Below are positions 1 to 12,891 of a stretch of 64,000 bases of DNA, piece by piece (position 1 is the first letter of the stretch; each line of letters starts with the position of its first letter). The stretch comes from Eutreptiella sp. 'Long Island Sound 2002' (lineage: Eukaryota; Protista; Euglenida), in contig OZ038379.1 of the NCBI GenBank assembly GCA_964036045.1, forward strand, positions 17,174,001-17,238,000, read 5' to 3'. The notes below the pieces were generated by a model. That model searched no databases and was not told the DNA's origin. It was given only the letters and a program-made list of their open reading frames with translations. Both the position numbers and the translations under genes were made by a program.

Positions 1-1688
1 ACCCCATCGATGCACGGAACACCGCCGTCCGCAGCCGTTGCTTGGTCTCGGTGGAGCCTCCGCAGCTGCTGGACGCTGTTCACGCCCCCGTTCAGGGTGA
101 TGCCCAGGTCCGGGAAGTCCGCCGCCAGCCGGTGTACCATTTCGTACCGCAGCACTGGCACCGTGCGGTTCTTCACCGGCGAAAGCCCGGACAACACCGC
201 GGCACGCGCGTGCACGACCACGCCACCGCGGACCGCACCGGACTCGCTAACCGTCCGCACGAACCGCGCGAGCGTGTCGTACTCATCCTCCGGGGCACGG
301 CCATCCGCGGGCATCCGCTCGTGTACGCCGATGCGGCATTTGACAGACACTGGCAGAGCGCCCCCCGCCGCCTCGGCCATCGCCTCCACCATCGCCCGCA
401 CTGCAGGGGGATCACGCATCAGCGCAGCGCCGAAGGTGGCGCCGCCCCCGGACTGGACGCTGGGGCACCCCACGTTGAGATTCACTGCATCGTACGCCCC
501 TGTCTCCACCGCCACCTTCACTGCCTGCGCTAGACGTGCCGGGTCGTTGCCGCCGAGCTGGAGCACAAGGCCCAGCGGCGGTTGAGGGAAGGCACGTGCA
601 GCCACGGTGGCCAAGTCCCCGTCGACGCCCCGGGCCAGGTAGTCCTCGACCTTCTCCATTTCCGTCCAAAGCACCGCTTTTGAGCTGAGCCGGCGGCACA
701 AGAAGTTGAAGTGGGGATTGGTGTAGCACTGCATTGGCGCAACATGGAATACCAGTCCATCCCGTCCCGATCCTGTGCTCCGTCCCAGTTCCGCCTCCGA
801 TCGTGGTCCCGGTCCCGCACCTGGTCCCGGTCCCATCCCCATTTCCAGTCTGGTACCCGGGGTAGGCCCTTCACCTTGTACCGCTCTACCCCCTCTGTCT
901 GACACGCCGCAGCACGCAGTCAGAGCGACTACTGGTCGTCTAACAGTCAGGTGAGCCACATCAGCACTCTGCACGCCATTTCGGCCCCTGCGCCGCCGGA
1001 GGTATGCACAGGTGGCAGCCGCGGCACAGCTGGCGATGATGACCACACATGTGTGGAAGATAAGAGGAACACGAGCCCTGTGCTGAGGGCTGGAGCCTGG
1101 CACGTCCTTCGCCTTCAGGCTGGTGCTGTAGGGGTGCCGCACGTGCTGACCGGTGCCATGTGCATGTTGGACTCCGCTGTTCCACTGCTGTGGGGGGCTC
1201 CAGACCCCTCTTCCCCCAGATCTCACCCCTTGCCCCCGCAGCTTGCGCCCCCCTGCCCAATGGTCCTCACAGATCGAACCGAGGCAGTGTGTCAGTGCAT
1301 TCGCCGGGACGGCACCAATGTGCCTCACAACAGCAGAAGCCGAGGCAGCAACGCGAGCAGGTAAGGGACGGGCTGCGCGCAAGTGAGGGCTCTGCATTGA
1401 AACGTGACTGGACGTAGGGGTGTCAAGGGCCCCGGCAAAACCCATCTGTGCCAAGGCAAACACCAACGCTCCCCATACAACTGCTGCTGCTGCGCGGCAT
1501 TTAAAACCATCGCCATTGTTGTTGGCGGGACTGCAATTCATGACTTGCCTGAATCCAGAAGCATGGATCTTGAAAAGCGATGCACACGCAGAGGTCACGT
1601 TCAGGCCAGGCACAGGGGTTTGAACACACCCCTGTTGCCCGGCAGTACAACGGGCTGAAGGCACAGTGTACAAGTACTGGGCAGCCAT
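1..1688 (-). CDS. dusA: tRNA-dihydrouridine synthase, DusA type, with ~310-aa N-terminal presequence; 3' end lies outside the window
   Basis: Hand translation gives an open frame from ATG 1688 to the window edge (absent from the ORF track because it has no stop). Motifs: VFHVAPMQCYTNPHF, LWTEM, LVLQLGGNDP, VNLNVGCPS, FGAALM, VSVKCRIG, VVVHARAAVLSGLSPVKNRTVPVLRY, ITLNGG. The start codon is less certain than the domain. Confidence 0.92.
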   Translation of the reverse strand, partial: MAAQYLYTVPSARCTAGQQGCVQTPVPGLNVTSACASLFKIHASGFRQVMNCSPANNNGDGFKCRAAAAVVWGALVFALAQMGFAGALDTPTSSHVSMQSPHLRAARPLPARVAASASAVVRHIGAVPANALTHCLGSICEDHWAGGRKLRGQGVRSGGRGVWSPPQQWNSGVQHAHGTGQHVRHPYSTSLKAKDVPGSSPQHRARVPLIFHTCVVIIASCAAAATCAYLRRRRGRNGVQSADVAHLTVRRPVVALTACCGVSDRGGRAVQGEGPTPGTRLEMGMGPGPGAGPGPRSEAELGRSTGSGRDGLVFHVAPMQCYTNPHFNFLCRRLSSKAVLWTEMEKVEDYLARGVDGDLATVAARAFPQPPLGLVLQLGGNDPARLAQAVKVAVETGAYDAVNLNVGCPSVQSGGGATFGAALMRDPPAVRAMVEAMAEAAGGALPVSVKCRIGVHERMPADGRAPEDEYDTLARFVRTVSESGAVRGGVVVHARAAVLSGLSPVKNRTVPVLRYEMVHRLAADFPDLGITLNGGVNSVQQLRRLHRDQATAADGGVPCIDG

Positions 1689-4600
1689 TCGTCAGCAAGT
1701 AACCCCCCTGGGGTGACCAATGGTGGTTCATGCCTAACCAATTGCTGGTGGCGCGTAACCAACGGTGGTCCAATTCAATATCAAGGCAGAGGGTTCAACA
1801 GCAGCACCAGCTTGCTTGGCTTTGCTGCTAATTCTGTTTTCTATTATCACCTCACGCATCCGTGCCCCAAAACCCAAAATCGATAGCGGGTCTTCAAGAT
1901 GGCCAGCCGGCAATGATTTTCAGGTCCCAGTGACCCCCATGTGCGGACAAGGTGGCAGGACCATGAGGGGCCACCCCCAACACACTGCCCGCAGTGCAAC
2001 TATTTGGGCGTCAAGGCTGCCTGAGCACCCATTGTTTGAGTCACTTGTGGGACAAATTCCTGATGTATTTGCCAACTACCACTCAAAGGCTGTTGCCGAA
2101 GATCATTGCAGGGGGGAAGTATGGGTTGGTGTAGGCACCAGTAGATGTTCATTGGAGGGGTGCCTGGGGGCACAGAGGGGCTGTGGGAGGCACCATGGAA
2201 AGAAAGGGGGTTGTGTTGAATCACTGTCAGCATTGTCTGGAATTCTGCGCAGGGCCGCTTTTGGTGGGTCATCGTCACCACCAGACAAGCTGCCAGGGGG
2301 GACAGCGAGGGGACAGCCCATACACCAAGTGGTGGGGTGGGTGCTGAGGAAAGCAGGTCGGGGATATCAAGGGGGGCAAAGGCGGGATCAATGCAACGCT
2401 GGACTTGTTCAGTTGGGGGCTGGGGAGCTCAGAGAGCCGGCGTCTGTCTGCACTGGAAGCCGACTGGTCACTCGTTGGGCCCAGAGGACCAAAAACGGGG
2501 CCAGGGAAGGTGCCACCGTATCCGGCTGAGTTGGCGACCTGCTGGTCATCTCTGCCATGCCACACCGGAGGATTCATGCGTCTGGCGTTGTCCGTTCTGT
2601 GCTGGTTTTTATCCACCATTCCCCCTTGTTTCCGTGCTCAAATCAGCGTCCACCTTTCGGTCTGTGCATTCCCATCAGCTACTCCATTCAGAAGGTGTGT
2701 TGCTGGTGCGCTACTGCCCACATGGGTGGTTTCATAGCCTCGCAGAAAGCCATTGGGGCCCCGTTGGCTCCTTCTAGCCAAAAGCCATTGACTCAATGAA
2801 TGTGGTCCTCGCCACAGAAACCACCCCACCCCTCCTCCCACACAACCTGGCCCACACAACATCGCCCCTTTCACAAGCAAGATTGGCACTGTCCAACGCC
2901 ACTCCACCGGTCATCATACCACCCTCGCCTGCCACCTTTTGCCCACGGGTGGCACCAACTTCTCCTCAAACCAGACTTGGATTGCTGTAAATAGCTCACT
3001 CAGTCCGGCAAGCACTGAAATGTCCCACACCCCTACACTCGCGTTAGTCCTGATGCTATGCATGAGTGCACTCTTTTGAGGCCACCAATTCCAACACACA
3101 TGGCATTTACATTTGCAGGCAACCTGCCCTTCTTGTCCCCTAATTTGAAACTAAATGGAAAGACATTTTCTGGCTTGTCTCACCACATATGGTACTCCAC
3201 CATGCCCGGCTTGCCCCAGGGTGTCACAGAACTGGGCAAGCACCCACATGCAGCCAATGTACCCATTCCTTTGCGTCTGCAGCCCCGCCAAGCAGCTGAC
3301 CCTGCCCTGTAGCCGGATGTGGATGATTCCAATGCTGGGCTGACCCAATAAGTTCAGTGGACAATTGCCTTTGGATTGTTGTCCGCTCATACAAGTGCAT
3401 TCACACGCATGGGACGACACAGAGAGCACCAACAGTTGTCGAAGTGTATCGCCTCGTGTGGCTGCAGGCAGTTAGGCACGCAGTTAGGCACCTTCCTGCA
3501 GAGAGATGTGCGATGACAGTGTGAGCGGCTTTCAGAGGGCGTGGCTGCGGCACCGCGATGGTATCCAGCTGCGTGCACTGTGCTCCTCGTGCCGTGCCTG
3601 TGTTCATACTGGCTGGAGCTGCGTGCAGAGCCACCCCTCCCCCATCCGACACACGGGTACAGAATCGCTAAGCGGCATGTCCCCCCACCAAGTCAGTGCA
3701 GGGTGCTTGCATCTACCATCGTCATAATCACACTGGTCCATCGAATCTGTACAACCCCCAATTTAATGATGCAGCCGAAGACACGTGAGGACGAGTATGC
3801 CCTTCAATGCATCATACCTTGGCCGGGATACGTGACAAATGCTTTGCCTCGTGGTGACGTCTGGTGACAAATGCTTTGACAGCCTTTTCATATCCCGTTG
3901 CTTGCTGTTCAATAAAATGCTACAGGAATAAAAGCCCCGTCACAGTCTTTATTCTTGGGGGGAAATCCCATTATTTTGCTATGACAGTCGGGGCCATGTG
4001 GGCAATTTCACTGTTCCTCACTGTGGGGACCCTGCACCTGCACCTGTAATCATTCACATTTCTCTTGAGTGTGGCCCCGAGACGGCAGGGGTTATGTGGC
4101 TAAGCGAGCTAAGTGCTGCCTTTCTTGGCCACCTGTACGCATGCAGATGAGCCAGTCCATCCAGAGGGGTAAAATGTCCACAATGCCATCTGCCTCACAA
4201 AGCGAGAGAGATAGCACAGTGGAGCAACACGGCCTTAATGCTTCACATTGATCAACCGAAGGACAGACTGGAAAAGACGAGGACCGGACACAGGACCACG
4301 AAATTCGCGGCTCCAACAGCAACGGGATGACTCCTCCCGTGCTCGGACACGGACGTGCCCCAATGGGGAGGGGGGAGCGGTGGAGGGTCGGCTTTGGCTG
4401 TACTGTACTGCACTGTACTGTACTGTTCGGCATGGTTGTAACCCAAACATAGCAACCCGGTCTCCGCTACGAAACGGGGTGCATAGCAGAACCCCGATTC
4501 CGGCGGTGGTTGAACACTTAAGATGGTATGCTTGCACTCTAGAAAAAGACCGTGCCACATGACGATGCTCACGGTTGTTGCTGGAGCACTGTGACGAATT

Positions 4601-5092
4601 CATCCCCTTCCACCACCTGCTGCAGCCCCAGGGTCTGCATGGGTTGGTGCATCCTGTTCCATGACCTGCCGTGAGGTGCCATGTCCTCATGCGTTGGAGG
4701 GGGGGGGGGGGGGGGCAGGACTGCATGACATGGGTAGGCTGAAATGTTGACAAACACTTGTGCTTCCCAGGAAACTGCACTGATTGACCATCCACACTGT
4801 CCTCATTGGTTGAAAAGACACCACCCTTCTACATGTATCACAGGCGTAATGGAAATGGATTCCTGTTGGCGATGTGGGGTCCTATGTATTGGGCGGCCCT
4901 GCAGACTGTGCAGCTGATGAAGAGTCAGGCACCTTTCCCAAGCGCCTTCTTGTACATCACCACTGCTTTGCACACAAGTTTGTATTGAAAAAACTGTTTT
5001 CATTTGTTCCTGATGTTCTGGTGAGGGCACTCCTTATTGTGGCACTGGATGTTGTCAATTCTATCGCATTCATTGAAATGACGGTTGCAATG

Positions 5093-5146
5093 AGGGTTAG
5101 GGCGAGGGTCAGAGTCAGGGTCAGGGTCAGGGTCAAGGCTCAGAGT
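5093..5146 (+). repeat. Degenerate TTAGGG/TCAGGG hexamer run (telomere-like)
   Basis: AGGGTTAGGGCGAGGGTCAGAGTCAGGGTCAGGGTCAGGGTCAAGG. Confidence 0.6.
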
Positions 5147-6254
5147 CCAGGTGACCCAACTGTTGACAGCTGCAAGCTTTATATTCCCTTTTATGGCACA
5201 GAGTGAAGCCGCTACCCGTTTGGGCAGCAAGCAGCAGCAGGCAGCAAGCAGCACATGGAAAATGTAGGGGACAATTACCGTAGCACTCAGCCCTGGACGG
5301 CTTTTTGTCCCAACTTTGGTGGATAGTGCCTGGGCATACCAAATTGAATCCCAATTAGTTTGAACAAGCAACTGGCTGGTCACTGATACCTTGGAGACAG
5401 AAACTGTTCATACAACGAAAAGGAAAATGAATGCATTAATTTGGTCTGGGGCCGGAGGCAAGTTGTGTAATTGCATGTGCTGCGGTGTTGCTTGCCTTGA
5501 CATCACTGCCAAGAGGTTGTTCCGCTCCATGGCCATGGAGTACCACACTGCGGCACAGAGTGTCAAAGATCGTGCCCACAAACACTGTACTGTGTCCACA
5601 TCATGCGCTTTGTCTGGACGTGGGCGTGTTCCAAATCAGAAGGTGTAACAAACCACAAGAAGGAAATGTGGCCTTCTTTGGACTTCGTTTCATCTCCTGC
5701 AATACGAGGCTCTACTGGAACATGTGCACACTGCTTTTCTATTTGACCTGCCCCCGAAAATTTGTGATACGGCACGTCTTTCCACCACGGAATCTCGACA
5801 CACAGGCCTGTGACCTGACAGTGCACCAGGCACAAGCCCTCGACCAGTGCGACGCAGGCCACACACCGCGCATGAGTTCCACCCACTCTCATCCATCGGC
5901 CAGGGAGGCCGGGGGGGAATAAGGCGAAGCATGCGGGTGGGGCGAAAAAGAACGCCATGGGACCCGTAGCCTCGGCTCGTCCCATGACGGCACTCCGCAG
6001 CAACGACATCACTGCGGACGACAGCCGCCCCCCGCCGAAGGCCATTGCCAGTGCCGCCCGCTCAGCAATCGTTCGCAGGAGGTGCACGGGGAAGTCCTGC
6101 GCCCGCCCATGCCGTGTCATTTGGCCTGTGCTGTGGCACACAGGGCGGCATGGGGGCTACCCGCACCTGTGCTCAGGCGCACGGGGCTGCCATGGGGCAG
6201 TACGCCGCCGCGGGGCCGCACGCATCCACAACACCGGTCCCGGTTTGGAATCGC

Positions 6255-6947
6255 TCACGGCGGCATCGACGACGGAACGTCGGCACGAGCGCACGCCGCA
6301 CCGCCGCCGCCGGCGGCAGAGGTATCGGCAGCGGCTGCAGCCGAATCTTCGGCTGCAGCGGCCGCATCTGCGGCCTCCGCGGCATCTGCGGCATCGGACA
6401 GTGTGGTCAGCGGCTGGACGGTTTGCTTGCGTCCGCAGCCGCGGCAGCGGGACACCCACCGAGCGATGGGGCTGGGGCGGTCCCCACTGACATCGGCGCC
6501 CAGCAGAACGCCGACCAGGGCCGTGGCCACGAGGCACACGATGAGCCCCACCCACGCGGGGTACGCGTAGCTCGACAGCAGATACCCGAACACGAGGGCG
6601 ATGCCCCCGACCGTCGCGGCGTAGGGCAGCTGCGTGACCACGTGGCGCTGCACGTCGCAGCGGCAGGCCATCGCAGAGAGGACGGTGGTGTCGGAGATGG
6701 CGGTGGCGTGGTCCCCGAACACTGAACCGGCGAGCACCGCGGACGTCACAAGGAGGAACAGCGCGCGGTCCTGCGCCGCGGCCCACGCCGCCGGCAGCGC
6801 CAGCGGGAACAGCAGCGACATGGTCCCCCAGGACGTGCCGGTGCAGAAGGAGATGGCGGCGGCGAGCGCGAAGGTGAGGACCGGCAGCAGCCGCGGGTCG
6901 ACGCCGGAGCGCACGGCGCTGGCAATGAACTGGCCGCAACCCACGTC
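6255..6947 (-). CDS. nhaC: NhaC-family antiporter, exon 4 (last)
   Basis: Acceptor TGCAG|GAC. Encodes AISFCTGTSWGTMSLLFPL, AGSVFGDHATAISDTTVLSAMACRCDVQRHVVTQLPYA. Exons sum to 941+522+151+693=2307 nt = 768 aa plus stop. Confidence 0.9.
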   Translation of the reverse strand, partial: DVGCGQFIASAVRSGVDPRLLPVLTFALAAAISFCTGTSWGTMSLLFPLALPAAWAAAQDRALFLLVTSAVLAGSVFGDHATAISDTTVLSAMACRCDVQRHVVTQLPYAATVGGIALVFGYLLSSYAYPAWVGLIVCLVATALVGVLLGADVSGDRPSPIARWVSRCRGCGRKQTVQPLTTLSDAADAAEAADAAAAAEDSAAAAADTSAAGGGGAACARADVPSSMPP

Positions 6948-9900
6948 CTGCACGAGGCGGCGCATGGGCCATTGCTTACGGACCTCCGGGGTGGGCAGGC
7001 GGGCGGGGGGGGGGGGGGCGGGGCATTCGGGGCCCTGGTCAGCCACGGCCGACGCCCCCACCGACCCACATCATTCCTTTTCTTGCCCTTCCCTCTAAGG
7101 GGGGGGGGGTGTGGTGGAGCGGCTGTGGCCACTCCGGGTCCGTGCTCGGCAAAAACGGCCCCCGTGAAGCAAGTTGTCTCGGCTTCCACACACACATACC
7201 CTTGCGCACCTATTTGGGGACCCCGAATCGGCAGAAAACTCATGCGAAGAATCAAATTCACGAAAGAGACCTGAACTTGGAGACTGAGTTACGGTACACA
7301 AACTGTTTTTGGCATCTGACCCACAGCCCTCGGGGGGTGCCACTAAGCAATGGCGTGGCGGCGCAGAGCGTGCGAAGGCGAAGCTGTGCACGGCCCCCAA
7401 CACCCCGGATCCCTCGTATCGAAGCCACTGGCCACCGCGTCCCTCGGCCTCTTACCCGGGTGGATTGACGGGCCTCATACAGCGCACGTCCCCAGTGCTC
7501 ACCACCGTGGGTGCACATGCATTGCCCCCGGGTGTGCCGCGTCCATTGCAGAGGCCAATACCGCCTCATCAAATTTTAAACACCGCCGGGTGCCGAGCAG
7601 ACCTGCCACCAGGGGGCCTCCGGAAAAAAAATTCCTGGTACCACCGTGGCATTTTTTTTCGGGGGGTACCCCCGGAGGGGGAGGGGGGTACAGATAAAAA
7701 AATTCGTGCAAAAAATTTTTACGGGCCCCAAAAACTGAAATTTTTTGACTTTTATTGCACTTTTTTGAATGTGGAAGGTGCATAAGAGGATACCTTTCAA
7801 GGCATTCATTCATATTTTAGCCAATATGGGTGGTATTTGTGTTTAAGGGCACGAAGACCCCCGGTCTGTTCCGGCTGCACTGCAGCGCCCCACCGTAGCC
7901 TCTTATCGGCAGGAAAGAGTCCCCAAATGAGCCAATGCAACTCATTTGGGGCGAGAAACTGAACCAACAGCATTGAAGGACAAGGGTGTGTCCACAAAAG
8001 AGGCATGGAGGACATGGCCCCTTCGTGAACGCGGTCTTTGGTCTCCAATTGCTCAGCAAAATAATCAATTTGCGCCTCAGACCAAAGCGGAAAAGGAGCC
8101 TCGCAGCATGTTGTGCAGACACCAGAGGCATTCATATTGCGAGCAACCCCAACCATTGCGTCCAAGAAGATCTCATCGGTCAACATGTCCCACAGCAAGG
8201 GGCGGTCCGTAGAGGGTAGGCGTGACGCAATAAAATCTGGTGTTGGCGGCTGGTTCGGACAGAAAGGTGGATCTAAACGGCACTCGCCTTTAGCCACATT
8301 CTTGCCGGGCAAGTGTCCTGCCCGATTCAGGGCACACAGCCTACCATTGGGGTCCAGAAGGTGAGACGCGACCACAAGGTGCAGGTGGACGAGGCTGGGC
8401 CCTACGGATTTCCGGGTGCGTCTGGTGTAGCGTTTGGTGGAGGTGGGGAGTCCGCACTGCCGCACTCAGCTAACGCACGCACACGAACCGCGAAACAAGA
8501 ACAGAGCAAGGGAGGCGGTTGAAAGAAAACTCATCAGGAACAGCAGAGCTATCCTAGACGTCTTTCAGTTTGTTGGTAGAGAATGGGAAAGTGCAGTCCT
8601 GGACAGTGGGTTCGGTGTGATGCAGATTCATCCCTGCGCCCTCATCTGTGTCACTAAAAAGTTGTGTTCTAATCAAAGCGACACTCCTGCAGCAGACCAA
8701 GAAATCAATCCATGGAGGAGCCCGTGTTCAATACTGTCCAATGCAACCAGTGTTAGGTGCTACGACCTAACCACACACACACACCACACACACACTCCGG
8801 CAGATGTGGCGGGCCGATAGATAGGGTTCTGATCGGCCGCGTACGCGCAGCAGGTGCATATACACGCACCATGCAGGGCAGTACCCTTCGGGCTGAAATT
8901 GGGGTGGGATCACTATGTTAGTGTATTGTGAGCCGTCCCATTTGGCGTTTCGGTTGAGCCAGAGGATTAAGCGAGTGACTGCCTGGTGTTGTTTGCAAGG
9001 CTGGTGGTGGGCTATCGCATAGATTGCGCGCATAGTGTTGTTGGCACACCAGGGTGACACCGAATACACACGGCGCACTGATTTGTGCAGGGCCCTCACA
9101 ACAGCCATCCGTGGGAAGTCGCTGGCCAGTGCCACTTGTGCCCATGCTGGAGCAGATAAGATTTGTGCCGACCAGGTGGTCTGCCAGGGCAGGGCCGCAG
9201 TCAGACCGCTGATGCAAGGGGGGGTACCAACGTGCTGCCCGTTGCCCGCTGCCCGTGCATACGCACATACACACACGGCGTGAGGAGATCAAGCGCACAG
9301 CGAGGGCAAAGCACTGATCGTTGAAACAGCTCGTCAGGCCAACATCAACAGAAAGTCATGTAGGCTAGGCGCCTTTCTGATGGACAGTGATGAGGAATGT
9401 GCATACGAATCAGCTGCATCGGCAGCGTCACTTTGCAGACAATCGCATCATTGACCGGTCGGAGAGTTAAAGCTTGGGCCTACGTCATGCAGCAACACTT
9501 ACATGCCTCTGATCTGTATGTGTACCCGAAATCTGACGCCCTTTGGTTTGCACAACCGCGCGCAAGCGCACAGTCACACACACACATGTCCTGGCTCCAC
9601 AATTTGTGACAGGTATGATTGCAGGGTGTGGTGGTCGGAGGACCAATCGCCTGAGACGCCCTGGATGCACAGGCCTTCCGGGAGGCGCCATGTGGCATAC
9701 CGGTCTCCAGCCCAAAAACAATGGCGACGGATCCACTTCACTGCTCTTGTAATGTGGCAGCACTTAGGCATAGGGATGAGCGGCAGGATGTGGTTGAGAT
9801 ATGCAACGACTTTGGTGGCGTCATGTGCTGAGGTTGCGGTAGATCTGACGATTGCACTAGTCATGGCACGGCGGATGTGGCGGTGTGTGTAGTCGGACAG

Positions 9901-10025
9901 GGAAGCGACCTGGCACCAGGCGGCGACACTGAGCATAATGGATAGGGGGGTAGTGCACCAGACCATGGCATTGGACAGAACCCCTGTGAAAATTCCCGAG
10001 AGATACTTGGGGTAGGCAGATGCAG

Positions 10026-10027
<2 letters not shown>

Positions 10028-10057
<30 letters not shown>

Positions 10058-10093
10058 GCACGCACGCACACACACACACACGCACACACACAC
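10028..10093. repeat. (CA)n-type microsatellite
   Basis: Read directly, with CG interruptions. Confidence 0.9.
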
Positions 10094-10500
10094 CCTCACT
10101 GGCTCACCCACACGTCCCCATGCGTGTGACAGGGGCAGATATTACTGGACGGCACATGGTGCTGGGGTGCTGGGCTGATTCCCGAAGGAACTCACTTCCC
10201 CTGCGCGCAGGCCCTCTTGCCGCTTCCTGAAGGCGCCACTACGCGCCCTCAATGTGTAGCCGGCAAGTCCCGGTTGCCGGACACAACTGGACACAACACA
10301 TCACCGCACACAAAACCCAACACAACTGCACACAACATAAAACGCACTGCAAACTGCGCCAAACACACTGCACAAAGTACACCGCACACAACACAAAGGA
10401 CAGGGTACACAGTACGCCAGACTCTGCGCAAAACACACAACCGCATGTGTCACTGCCACACGCCACACACATCACCACACGGTACCACTGCGCACAACAC

Positions 10501-10651
10501 CTTCAGGGCTTGGCCGACAGCCCAGGCCATGATCAGGATGAGGACGGCCCTTGTGAGCCCCTTGATCCCCTCGATCCACGTGTCCAATGACTCAGCGAAT
10601 GTCAGGATGGGCCTCGGCCCCTCGTCGACCGACGGACCTGACTGTGGGCGC
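10501..10651 (-). CDS. nhaC: NhaC-family antiporter, exon 3
   Basis: Acceptor CTCAG|G, donor GAAG|GTGTTG. Encodes PILTFAESLDTWIEGIKGLTRAVLILIMAWAVGQALK. Confidence 0.85.
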
Positions 10652-12396
10652 CTGAGCAGATACGCACGACGGCAGTCGGCTTTGTGAAAGGAGGGGTGTA
10701 GTGGCCCAGCAGTTGTATGGACCAACCGCACTCGCGCACACGCACGCGCACACGCACATTGGTCTTACCGAAATGGCAGCGGGCGGTTGAGTGACGATGC
10801 TGGAGTCCAGTGATCCAATCCGGTGTGCACGGTCATGTCAGTGTCACGGGGAGCAGTCATGAACGGGGAATCGCTTGAGGGGAAAGGGCAGTCCAGAAAA
10901 GCGTTTACTGCTGAGCACTGAAGCGGTTTTGGCGGCGACAAGGCTGGCAGGGGCGGGTGAGGTAGATGAGCCCACGCAACGTATTCAACACAAATGCCAC
11001 ACAGGGGGGCGGGGGTGCGCTCCGTCTCCCCTCCGCTCAGTCTGCGGGCGCAGAAAAGTCGTTGAGGTAGTACCGGCACCGCGCGCGCACCGCGTGGGTT
11101 GTTGGTACCAACAGTGGGGAAATACTCACTCTTTGGAACTCCTGAGCATGCTGCACCCTGGAGGCTTTTGGGCCGGTTGCTGTTACTTTGTAGAGGTTTG
11201 TGGGTGCTCGCTTGGAGGCTCCTGGATGCTTGCTGTTTGTTCTTGGAAACTTTGTGATGCTTGCTGGTTGGGTGCTGTTGATCATCAGTGGCATCTGGAT
11301 GGTTGCGGCCCCGTGTACTTTGGAGCCACTGAAAGTGGTTTTCTGCCATAGCCCCCAACTGTGGCAGCACTCGGCGCTGGACTTTGGAGTGGCTGATTGA
11401 GGGCCCGGACTCTTGGAACCCTGGCTTCAGACCCCGCCCCATCCTCCCAAAGTTCTGGGGACTCAAAAAGGGACCTTCAGCGACATGCCGTAGGCGTTTG
11501 TCACTGAGACAGACATGCAGAGGGTTTGTGTACCAAAAAAAAAAGCCCCAGAAAGTTTGCTTTCGTTTACAAAAGTTGATTTTCCCCTGAGGAATTGTTT
11601 GTCAGACCAGGGGGGGGCAAAGGAAGCAACAAGCCTCCGCATGTGCTGCCCCCCTCTCATGCATCGCCTCCGGCATCGCATCCAGTATCCCCCTGGGCCG
11701 TGATGACCTGCGTGCAGTTCCCTTCCTTTGTCCCCACTTGCCTTCTGCAGGGGATCCCAAACAGCCAGTGGCGAACCGGCTTTGGGGTCGTCTCGCGAAA
11801 GCGAGCCCTCGGGACGAGGCACGCAAACCGTCACTGAAGTCAAACACGAAAAACGCGCCAATCTCCGGCCAGACCACATCGGAGATTGGATCTCACCCCC
11901 GCCTGCCCCCCCCCCCCTGCCCACAAGCGACGCCGGTGGGCTGAGTGGTAGCGCCAGGCCGATAGGGCCGAGATACCGGGATCGACGCTCTGGCGGGCAC
12001 AACTATTGGCCAGGCGCCCGGAGTACAGCCAAAGGGCCCGACACTGTCCGCAAGCCTCCCAGTCGTGGGCCTGAACAATGGGGTACTCAGGCTCAGACCC
12101 TGACCAAAACACCCCCCCGTAACCTTTTGGACCCTGTTGGGGGGGGCTCTTGGGGGGGACCGGGGGGGCGTCAGGCTGCGGTACCCCAACATACAGACCT
12201 CAAGATGATCCCCTCGTCGCGCTGATCGGTTTGAACACACACATATGTGTGTGGGGGTTTTGAAAAAAAATATACCCCCCGGGGGGTCTGGTCCCAGCAG
12301 CCGGGTTTGGGGGGCTGGAGGGGGGAGGTCAGGGGTCAGAAAAGATTTCATGTCTTGCATACGTATTTGGATTCCCCATGAAATCCTGCGCATTTT

Positions 12397-12650
12397 GGGG
12401 GGCGTTGGCCCGGCGCGCTACTTTTGTTTGAACTGTCCCGACTTTAGCCTTGGATTTACAATCCCCTAGAGGAGCCCCCCAAGTCGACCAAAGTGGACCG
12501 CAAACCTTTCAACATCAATGTGTATTACTCATGTAAACCGGAAAGGGCCAGTCCATATCCCCAACCGGAAAGGGGCCACGCAAAAAAGCGTGGATTAGGG
12601 CTCCGTATCAAAAGTAGCCAAAAGGATGCCCGGCGCGCTGACGCCCCCCC
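12397..12650. mobile_element. MITE family copy 1 (254 bp), in NhaC intron 2
   Basis: Ends GGGGGGCGTT / GACGCCCCCCC, TSD TTT/TTT, inner direct repeat GCCCGGCGCGCT at both ends. Shares internal motifs with the other two copies. Confidence 0.7.
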
Positions 12651-12891
12651 TTTGAGTATACACACAAGGGGTAAAAACAAAATTTCACGCCCCGGCACAT
12701 GCTGAAAAAAGATTTTCCGGCGCCTTTGGCGCCAAGTTGGGGCCAAATGTGGTTCGGACTTCCTCAACACTTGGGACCTCCTGGGGGATGGGGGGGGGGG
12801 GGGCTTGTTGTCAGGTCTGAGTCCAGGCAACGCCCCCAACGGGCCCGAAGCCGAGGTTGGGCACCGAGGGTCTGGAAAGACGGCAGCCCGT

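Noticed and set aside
10-585. + strand ORFs overlapping dusA, nhaC, EEP and the repeat-protein exons
   Set aside because: Antisense shadows of GC-rich coding sequence.
3058-3312. RT-like words (MPGLPQG here; HEFGMCPGKS near 22125; DLS...SV near 45730)
   Set aside because: Isolated motifs with no YxDD or correctly spaced RT domains.
5563-6141. Extra terminal exon of nhaC
   Set aside because: Exon 4 already ends in a stop after the complete transporter domain; the downstream GC-rich ORF has no recognisable homology.
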